This document shows, piece after piece, positions 56,101 through 64,000 of a stretch of DNA of 64,000 nt. Each line of letters starts with the position of its first letter. Position 1 is the stretch's first letter. A program made the position numbers and the translations under genes. This DNA comes from an uncultured Chloroflexia bacterium. GTDB lineage: Bacteria > Chloroflexota > Anaerolineae > Anaerolineales > Villigracilaceae. Under the pieces are notes generated by a model. The model was given only the letters and a program-made list of their open reading frames with translations, searched no databases and had not been told where the DNA came from. The stretch is from the NCBI GenBank assembly GCA_963830585.1, contig CAWHNA010000003.1, forward strand, positions 792,903 through 856,902. Direction: 5' to 3'.

Positions 56101-56346
56101 TCAAGCGGTCGCTTCTTCCCCCAGCGCGTCGATCTGCCGAAGCAGGTCCATCGTCTCCATCGCTTCCTTTTCGTCTAGGATGGACAGCCCGAATCCGACA
56201 TGGACGATCGTGTAATCGCCCACTTTCACCTCTGGCAGGTATTCCATGCAGGCCTCTTTCAAGGCGCCGCCAAAATCCACCTTCGCCATTTTCATGCCGT
56301 TCGCTTCGTAGAGTTCGATTACTTTCGCGGGGATACCGAGACACAT
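56101..56346 (-). CDS. hypC: hydrogenase maturation chaperone HypC/HupF
   Basis: 81 aa beginning MCLGIPAKV (essential N-terminal Cys2), with ..GDYTIVHVGFGLS. Confidence 0.9.
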   Translation of the reverse strand: MCLGIPAKVIELYEANGMKMAKVDFGGALKEACMEYLPEVKVGDYTIVHVGFGLSILDEKEAMETMDLLRQIDALGEEATA

Positions 56347-57582
56347 AACTCACCTTTAATAATCAGATATTCTATAGGATACGTCTTATTTTACCCCCGT
56401 GCGCTGAATATCTTACCGGACGGATATCACCTGTTGTTAGGGTATAACGTATTAACCAATTACTCCCTGATTTCCTGCTCAGGTAGGTGCGGGGCATATC
56501 TCACCCCTTTTCTATTTTTCCCTCTTGACTTAACAGAAAATTTGTTCTATCATTAGCTTGGCAGAATACATTCGGATGCTTTTAATGCCGTGCCACTTGC
56601 ACCTTAACAGTTGAAAGTATCTTCTTTTACAATAATAGGGCACGAAACTTTGTCCCTCGCGGAGCACTCCCTATGGGGAGCGCTCTTAGGGGATTTCGTG
56701 CCCGTTTGTAGAGGAATTAATTGTTCCTCAATTGTTCCTCAGAAACAACATCGTACCCGAAGGGTATGCACGTATCTGGCGGTTATTTTCTCCGCACCCC
56801 CACCCACGGTTGAAATCGTCCCATATGGAAGGTCGCTTTCGCTGAACATATCATTCCAGTTCTTTGGGGACCCCCTATGGAGGCAAGTTGCTATCAGCCA
56901 TATCAACGCCGCGAAGCGTTGGTGCTCCTCATTCTCGCCCGCGAATTTTTGCAAATGACAGTCTAAAAACCCTCTCCAAATACTGTTTTTGTATTTGGGG
57001 AGGGCAGGGTGGGGCGGATTTACCTGAGCTCGAAACTCTATTTACTTTCCTGATGTGATGGCTGCATTGGTGCCACCGTGAATTGTCCATCTTGGAGGAT
57101 GCAGCGTCGATTGTAAACCCGGCAAAATTGTTTCACACGGGCATGATGAAAAATAATCGACCCAAATTCTCTCATTCGTTTGTGATCGTTTTCGCGCATT
57201 TATCATGGTAAATCGAGATGTTTCACGCCCTGTGTCGGCCTTTGCGTAGCATCCCTTTGGGACCAGCCGACACAGGGCGCATCGACGACATGACATCGTA
57301 CCCGCAGGGTAGTCCTCGATGCTTGGCGTTCGCGAATCATCGCGCAGCATCCCGCAGGGACGCTTTGGGGCGATATGCCGCCACAGACCGCTTCGGACTT
57401 TCATAAGTCCGCAACCTCCCATGAGGGCGCATCACCGAAACACAGTCGTCGATGCCTCCCGGATAGCGGCGAGGCGTTGTTAATCCTCGGCACACTGCCT
57501 CCTAATCTTGGATATAATTAATGCAACTCGGGCAATAGCAGTGGGTTATTACACACAGTAAATCCATCTTCCTGGAGGCAAT

Positions 57583-58942
57583 ATGGCGATTGCAGCAGAA
57601 AGTCCAAAGATCAACGACAAGCGTGAGATCTTCGGTTGGGCCATGTACGACTGGGCTAATTCGGCCTTCAGCACCACCGTCGGCACCGTGTTCCTCGGTC
57701 CCTACCTGGCTTCCCTTGGCTCAGAATGCCGCCGCTGCCAGCCCCGATGGGGTGGCCCGCCTGCTGGGGATCCCCATTGCTCCCGATTCATTCTTCCCGT
57801 ACTGCATCTCTTTATCCGTCGGGATGCAGGTCCTTTTCCTCCCCATCCTGGGCGCTATTGCAGATTATTCCCACCGCCGCAAGCAGATGATGCAGGTCTT
57901 CGCCACCTTTGGCGCCATCATGACCATCCTCATGTTCTTCACCACTGCTTCGATCTGGTGGCTGGGCGGACTGCTGTTCATCCTTGCCAACCTCACCTTC
58001 GGCGCTGCCATCGTTTTCTACAACTCTTATCTCCCCGACATTGCCAGCGAAGACCAGCGTGACCGGGTTTCATCATACGGTTGGGCCATGGGCTACCTCG
58101 GTGACGGCTTGCTGCTCCTGCTCAACCTGGGTTTTTATTTGTTCAGTGACAAACTGGGTGTCCCTCAGCCCCTGGCAGTCCGCATCAACCTGGCCTCGGC
58201 GGGCGTCTGGTGGCTGAGTTTTTCGTTTTTTACCTGGGCGCGCCTGCGGCCCCGGCACGCGGTCAAGCAGTTGCCTAAGGGTGAGACCTACCTCAGGGTG
58301 GGCTGGAGACAGTTGTGGCACACGGTCAGGGAGATGAAGAATTTCCCCGAAACGATCAAGTATCTGCTGGCCTACTTCCTCTACAACGACGGCATCCAGA
58401 CCGTGATCGCAGTTTCCTCAACCTTCGCCGCCGCTCCGCTCATCCGCGGCGGGGTGGGCATGGACCAGTCCACCTTGATCATCGTCATTCTGATGATCCA
58501 GTTCATGGCTTTCTTTGGTGCCCTGCTTTGGGGCAAACTCGCCAGCTGGGTGGGCGCCAAACGCTCGATCATCGTCAGCCTGGTCATCTGGGCTGGGGTC
58601 GTGATCTATGCTTATTTTGGCTTGAACGGCGAGGGCCGCGTGCTCCAATTCTTCATCCTGGGCGCATTCATTGCCGTCGTGTTGGGTGGCTCGCAGGCCA
58701 TCAGCCGCAGCCTCTATGCCCAGATCATCCCCTCCGGCAAGCAGGCCGAATACTATTCCTTTTACGAGATCAGCGAGCGCGGCACCTCCTGGACCGGGCC
58801 GCTGCTCTTCGGGCTGGTGAACCAGGTTTTCGGCAGTCTCCGCCCCGCCATCCTTTCGCTGATTTTCTTCTTCATGATGGGTCTGATCATCCTGCCCTTC
58901 GTCAACGTCAAGAAAGCGGAGGCAGGATGTCAAGGCGTTTGA
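57583..58942 (+). pseudogene. MFS transporter, UMF1 (Atg22-like) family, one frame break
   Basis: MAIAAESPKINDKREIFGWAMYDWANSAFSTTVGTVFLGPYLASL. The break is near 57718 (an extra G in CTTGGCT). The sequence continues AQNAAAASPDGVARLLGIPIAPDSFF..ILGAIADYSHRRK.. and on to the end of track ORF 57590-58942. Confidence 0.8.
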
Positions 58943-58990
58943 AGCCCGAAATCCCCAGGCGTGAACCAATTGACACTTTGATCATCAGAA

Positions 58991-59022
58991 AAGTCCGGAG
59001 GCGACATTTCGCCTCCGGACTT
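58991..59022. terminator. bidirectional terminator between convergent genes
   Basis: AAGTCCGGAGGCGA-catt-TCGCCTCCGGACTT, a 14-bp stem. Confidence 0.7.
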
Positions 59023-59050
59023 CAAAATTCTTTACGGACCTCTGGACCTG

Positions 59051-60229
59051 TTACCGTTTCAATGACTTGAACCAGGCTCCCATTTTTTCCACCCCCTCCT
59101 CGATCATCTCCATCGAAACCGCGTAAACCAGCCGGATATACCCTTCTCCGCCTTGCCCGAAATCTGTTCCCGCTAAAATGGCTACTCCCGCTTCGTCGAT
59201 CAGGCGGGTGGCAATCTCCTTTGAGCTCATTCCGTACGATTTGACATTCGGGAAAAGGTAAAAGGCTCCTTGGGGTTTCTGCGCGTGCATCCCGGGGATG
59301 GCGTTGACCAGTTCCAGCATCCGGTCGCGGCGGCTCCTGGTATTCCGTCACCATTTTTGCCACGAAATCCTGCGGACCGGTCAGGGCTTCCATCCCGGCA
59401 TATTGGGTGAAAGCCGCGGTGCAGCCGGTGGCGTGCGTGATAAGCAGTTCCAGCCGCTCTGCCAAGTGCCGCAGGGGTGATCATGTAACCCAGCCGCCAC
59501 CCGGTCATCGAGTAGGTTTTCGAGAACCCGTCCACGATCACCGTTCGCTCGAGCATCCCGTCCACTTCGGCAATACTGTGGGCCGAACCTCCATCATAGA
59601 CTAGCTGGGTATAGATTTCGTCCGACAGCACCCAGCAGTTATGCTCCCGGGCTTTTTCGGCAATGTGCTTCAGGTCTTCGAACGGGATCACTCCGCCGGT
59701 CGGGTTGCCGGGCGAGTTCAGCACGATCAGCTTTGTCCGGTCGGATATTTTATCGTCGAAAATATCCAGGTCAAAGGAGAATTGGTTTTCTTCCAGCAGC
59801 GGAACCGGTACCGGGATCCCGCCCGCAACACGGATCATGGCTTCGTAGGTCGGGAAACCCGGATCGGGATAGATCACCTCGTCACCCGGGGCTACCAGTG
59901 CCAGGGTCGGGAAGAATAGCCCGGGCTTGGACCCGCAGCCCACGACCACTTGGGCGGGGTCTATTTTCAACCCTCGCAGCCGGCCTGCATAGTCGGCAAT
60001 GATCTCACGAAATTGTGGAATACCCGCCGGAGGGTGTGTACTTGGTCTTTCCCTGGTGGATGGCATCGATCCCCGCCTCGCTGACGTTGTCTGGAGTGGG
60101 GAAGTCGGGTTGGCCAATTTCAAGATGAATGATTCTCTTTCCCTGGGCTTCGAGAGCCTGTGCTTTGGCCAGCACAGCGTAGGCGCCTTCGGGTCTAAGC
60201 GGAGTGACACGATCGGTGAATGGTCTCAT
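59051..60229 (-). pseudogene. pyridoxal-phosphate-dependent class I/II aminotransferase (aspartate aminotransferase-like), three frame breaks
   Basis: Four colinear ORF pieces. MRPFTDRV..IHLEIGQPDFPTP..KYTP, break near 60032, PAGIPQFREII..VLNSPGNPTGG..DEIY..GFSKTYSMTGWRLGY (PLP Lys), break near 59470, ERLELLITHATGCTAAFTQYAG, break near 59333, RRDRMLELV..GAFYLFP..IRLVYA. Span length is 3n. Confidence 0.85.
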
Positions 60230-60323
60230 GGCTTATTTACCTTGAATAATCCGGCCGGGTTGGTGCCCAGCATGCCCGGCCCGCATGCTGCGCTCGTCCA
60301 TCATGGATAGACCAGCTGCCATT

Positions 60324-60869
60324 TCAGGGCTGATGATGGGATGGATCCTGTAACGGTCCATATCGATTGGATAACCTTTCAAGTCCTGCATCGCTCCACA
60401 TCCATTCCAACCGGTCGAAAACTTTCAGGTTGATCGGTCCGCGGTAACCCACCAGGGTTTTTTCACCGGCGGCGTTGAAAAAGTCTTCGAAATACGACAT
60501 CACTAATTCGCGCAGGTTCCGGTAGACCGGCTCGCGGTACCGCAGCCCCGAGAAATTGGACTGCGCCACTGCTCCCCAATGGTCGTTTTGCTTGAAAAGC
60601 ACCAGGATATGATCATCATCCCGCTCGTTCGGGATGAGTTCCAGGATCAGGGGTTGTCGCCCGTTTCGGCGCATTGTCATGGCTGCGAACAAAGCTCCAT
60701 CAAAGCAATGCGCCTTTCGTTCCCGCAGGACTCTCAGCGGGCAGCGGTAGAAATTATCTTCGCTGTATGGAATGCTGTTCAGAAAAGATTGGATTTTTAT
60801 AGGGCTGTCCAAACCATCCAATAATTTCTTTTCCGATGAAACTAATTTTGATTCAAAGATTATATCCAT
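60324..60869 (-). CDS. hypothetical protein, transglutaminase-like cysteine peptidase fold suspected
   Basis: 181 aa. The segment RKAHCFDGALFAAMTMRRNG resembles the catalytic-Cys helix of the transglutaminase-like superfamily, with a downstream His and Asp (DDDHILV). This is a weak assignment. Confidence 0.4.
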   Translation of the reverse strand: MDIIFESKLVSSEKKLLDGLDSPIKIQSFLNSIPYSEDNFYRCPLRVLRERKAHCFDGALFAAMTMRRNGRQPLILELIPNERDDDHILVLFKQNDHWGAVAQSNFSGLRYREPVYRNLRELVMSYFEDFFNAAGEKTLVGYRGPINLKVFDRLEWMWSDAGLERLSNRYGPLQDPSHHQP

Positions 60870-60873
60870 CGCC

Positions 60874-61864
60874 TTAATTTTCCATAAATGCCACCCGGGT
60901 TAATTTTCCCGCCTGGATTTCCACCCACCTCTCGGTCCAGGTGCCAGCCCATAAAAACGATATCCGGTACCACCCGGCAGGCTGGTCGCCTAGAGCAACC
61001 GATCTCCCCCCACGGATCGCGCAGGTTGACTGTCTCCAATGCGTAACCATCCACTTCGAATGCCCTGGTCGCGGCATCGCCCCGGTTTTGGTAGTACTGA
61101 ACATTAAAAGTTGGACGGATGGTTTTCCCACTTATGTCGCTTACTGCGATGGCAAGTGTTCCGTTCCCGGGGTGGGGCTTCAGCCAGAGTTCCGGATTAA
61201 GTGTGGATTGATAATCGTTCGGGTCAACCCGCACCTCAAAGTGAAGATGGCTGCCCTGCGCGGAACCGCTCGACCCAACCTCACCGATCTTCTGCCCGGC
61301 TGTAACAGTTTGCTCTGCGATCACATCTTCTTGTGATAGATGAGCATATAGCGTGAATAGTGTGCCAAAAGGTGTCCCCGGATCCTCGTGTTTTAGAATG
61401 ATCAGGTTGCCATAAAAATTTTTCCAAGGACTAAAAACCTGGGTCTGGTCATTTCCTGCAAAAAATACTGTCCCATCCGCCGCGGCTAGGATCGGGGTTC
61501 CGGATGCGTTATTGAACTCCACCCCATGATGTACATCCCGCGTCCCACCTTCAGTACTGCCGTATGGGTAGTTATGATCGATCGTGTCGGTTCCGGGTGG
61601 ATCGATGGGTAGTTGAAAAATAAAAAAAGCATCCACAATGCAATAATCCTCTGCATCGGGATGGCAAGGTTCAGGAGTGGCAGTAATGGATGGAATGGTT
61701 TGCAGAGGCCCTATGGTCGGGAAAACAGTTTGGGGAGTTCCGGTCCTGGTAGGAATGAGAATTGTCGTTGAAGGAGATGGTGTACTCGAGGTTATATTTC
61801 CACAAGCCGACAGAATAATGCTGGCAACCACCCCAAAAAATTTGAATATTGAGGTGAACCTCAT
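60874..61864 (-). pseudogene. secreted M23 family metallopeptidase, one frame break
   Basis: Signal or lipobox-like N-terminus (ILSACG). Motifs: HHGVEFN, AAADGTV, YAHLS, GSSGSAQGSHLHFEV. A C6 run (G6 on the coding strand) at 61016-61021 shifts the frame. ORF 60874-61131 supplies the C-terminus ..SVALGDQPAGWYRISFLWAGTWTERWVEIQAGKLTRVAFMEN. Confidence 0.75.
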
Positions 61865-63394
61865 CCCAGTGAAAACCCCCCGCGCAACTGGATCGACTTT
61901 TGGACTTCTTTTTGAAGGTTTAATGCTTTGACTTCAAGCGCGTGTAATTTGCTGAGAAGACTGTCCCCGGCGGTTTTATCGCTCATTCCTGCTAGGTTGA
62001 TCCGCACATTGTAACTTGCTGATGTGAATGCCGCCAATGCCATCGCGGCTGCTGAAGCTCCGTCGCTGATCGCGTTCAGATTCCCCAGTGCCACTACCCG
62101 TTCAGCCAGGGCCATCACGGTGACAGATTTTTGGGCAACATCCAGGGGAACTTGTGAGGCGAGCATTGTGGCGTTTTCGATAGCGTGCCGAACGTATTTT
62201 TTCCTTGACTGGAGGTCTCTTTGGGAAGTTTGAAAGCAGCCATCACCTTTTCAAATGCTGCTGAATCCTCTTCCACCGCCTCGGTTAATTCATGTCGCAA
62301 GCGCTCGGCCTGGATAAGGATTTCTTTCATCTGGTCTTCGACACCCGCATATTTTTTCTTGCCGATTGTCAGTCTGGCAACCATTGCCACTAGTGCAGCC
62401 CCCATCCCGCCCGCATGAGCTGCGGCGGAACCTCCCCCCGGGGTGGGAGTTGCAGCCGCAAGCGCTTCCAGGAAATTGTCTGATCGGGACTCAGGTTTTG
62501 GCAACGCGAAAAGCCGGTTTTCTAAGATCTGGTCGGATTTGAAACCATCCAGCTGCAAATAACGTGCTGCCGTTTCAGTCATGGCTTCCTGGGGAACGAG
62601 TCCAACCAATTCACTGTGGTGAACGCCGGTCCTTAGTTTGCCTGCTTCTTTACGAACTGCTTCTACTGCAGTTTGGATGGACGTCTGGCGGAAATTGGTC
62701 AGATTCATCGAGACTTGTGCCTTGCCCTCCACCAGCATTCCCAGCGCTTTTACACTTGGCAGACCTCCGGATGATTGACGGACAGCCTTTGCGATGGTTT
62801 TTGCAATGGACAAGTCCCCCGTATCAAGATACACATTAAACGCGATAAGTGGGTGACGCGCCCCGATTACCGTAGCCCCCGCGTGCCCAAGGTGAGGCTG
62901 GACCGAAGTCAGGTTTTCGCTCAGGATGGGTCTCGATCTCAGCCTTAAGCCCTTCATACTGACCGCGACGGATGTTTTCCAGGTTGATTCTTTCAGGCTG
63001 GGTCGCAGCTTGCTCGTACAGGTAAACTGGGATATTCAATTCCCTGCCCAACCCTTTCCCCCAGGTGGCGGGCAAGGGCAACACATTCTTCCATGCTAAT
63101 GCCTGAAAGCGGCACAAATGGGACTACGTCAGTGGCACCGATGCGAGGGTGTGTACCGGTGTGTTCATCCAGGTTAATTAATTCGGCAGCCTTTCGGATC
63201 CCTTGGAAAGCTGCTTCTTCAGCAGCCTCGGGCGTGCCGACATAGGTGATGACCGTGCGGTTGTGATCGTTATCTGAGTGGCGGTCGAGCACAGTCACTC
63301 CTGCAGAGCTGATCGCGGCAGCAATCGCTTCGACGACTTGCGGTCGGCGGGCTTCAGAAAAATTGGGAATACATTCAACGAGAGGGGATGGCAT
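61861..63394 (-). pseudogene. glutamate formimidoyltransferase / formimidoyltetrahydrofolate cyclodeaminase (bifunctional FTCD-like), three frame breaks
   Basis: [32 protein letters not shown], break near 63050, [22 protein letters not shown], break near 62895, [23 protein letters not shown]. The cyclodeaminase domain follows (TPGGGSAAAHAGGMGAAL). Break 3 is at an A6 run near 62195, followed by KKYVRHAIENATMLASQVPLDVA... Confidence 0.8.
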
Positions 63395-63543
63395 GAAGTT
63401 TAATTATTAAACTGATTAATAATGAAAGAACAAGGCAATTATACCGTAACAGAAAAACAAAACCCAGCCGGCACGCTGGGGGAGTGAAAACAGTCCAGTA
63501 AATAATAATAAACTTTCAACCAACAGAGTATTCTGTGGAATTA

Positions 63544-63792
63544 TTACTCCTCACTGTCTTCCTTTTGTTCCATACCGGGATAATGACTGGCGAGAGCATT
63601 ATCCACCTCCGCCTTACTATGGATGTTGCATGAAACCAGAGGACGTAATTTATCCGGAACTACCCGGCCGCCAGGGCTTGTCACCGTGCAATCGATCATT
63701 TTATCGGACGCTGAGTACACAACCAGCATGCTGTGGATTTTCCCGCACACAATGCAACCGTGTTGTTCAACCAAATTATAATTCTCAGCCAT
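63544..63792 (-). CDS. hypothetical small protein (Cys-x2-Cys near the N-terminus)
   Basis: 82 aa. A GGAGGTGGA RBS lies immediately upstream of ATG 63792. Translation MAENYNLVEQHGCIVCGKIHSMLVVY... with an acidic tail. I recognise no family. Confidence 0.5.
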   Translation of the reverse strand: MAENYNLVEQHGCIVCGKIHSMLVVYSASDKMIDCTVTSPGGRVVPDKLRPLVSCNIHSKAEVDNALASHYPGMEQKEDSEE

Positions 63793-63812
63793 TCCACCTC
63801 CAAAATTTGGAA

Positions 63813-64000
63813 TTATTTTACTGTGAAACTTACTTGCCTTGTATTGGACTGGCGCTTTGATTGATTTTTCGCCAAGGCCATGGCTCCTAGCACGCCAGAA
63901 TGGTTGCCTAATGCTGGCGGAACGATGTATTCTTCCATGGAACCAGTCAGGACTGGCATGGCTGGATACCCATTCAAGAGCTTCGCCACTTTGGATCGGA
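63813..64000 (-). CDS. C-terminal fragment of a ROK-family sugar kinase/regulator-like protein (gene runs off the right window edge)
   Basis: The open minus-strand frame translates as ..VAKLLNGYPAMPVLTGSMEEYIVPPALGNHSGVLGAMALAKNQ.., with a stop at 63813-63815. The ..LG..SGVLGA.ALA motif is typical of ROK C-termini. The fragment is short, so confidence is low. Confidence 0.35.
   Translation of the reverse strand, partial: RSKVAKLLNGYPAMPVLTGSMEEYIVPPALGNHSGVLGAMALAKNQSKRQSNTRQVSFTVK

Noticed and set aside
57042-57422. 126-aa minus-strand ORF in the 1.2-kb spacer
   Set aside because: The translation (..RSGLWRHIAPKRPCGMLRDDSRTPSIEDYPAGT..) simply reads through stacked GC hairpins. It has no RBS and no family resemblance.

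Overview
This is a chromosomal-looking 64-kb segment. I saw no transposase, integrase, phage gene, CRISPR array or rRNA. The gene content suggests an aerobic or facultative Chloroflexota (Anaerolineae-like) bacterium, but that is inference only. That content is an alternative complex III (act) operon divergent from a caa3-type cytochrome c oxidase cluster, cytochrome bd with a fused cydDC, hypCDE, and GC-rich hairpins in AT-rich spacers. I support about 55 protein genes, 2 tRNAs (Ser-CGA, Pro-CGG), one M-box riboswitch, several intrinsic terminators and a few promoters. Main observations: (1) selD has an in-frame UGA exactly at the catalytic Cys/Sec position, followed by a SECIS-like hairpin. 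(2) An M-box riboswitch is followed by a small ORF, a second terminator, a transmembrane-less PRC-MgtE_N-CBS protein and a methionine-less NRAMP (NRMT-like) transporter. This is a candidate split Mg2+ sensing and transport module and the best candidate for something undescribed. (3) Four tandem ~160-bp non-coding units end in a perfect hairpin, and a near-identical hairpin lies on the other side of the adjacent LLM oxidoreductase gene. (4) Four hairpin-plus-G-tract (G-quadruplex-capable) modules are all G-rich on the + strand, and there is a 1.2-kb ORF-free spacer dense in hairpins. (5) A 55-codon ORF with a signal-peptide-like N-terminus, too short for the ORF track, abuts an ABC-2 exporter operon. 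(6) At least 24 single-base frame breaks sit in 16 otherwise intact genes, several essential (gyrA has three). Twenty-two lie right of 31 kb, and about 21 of 24 are insertions. I read these as consensus or assembly indels, not gene decay. Disrupted genes are typed pseudogene only because the sequence as given cannot encode them intact.
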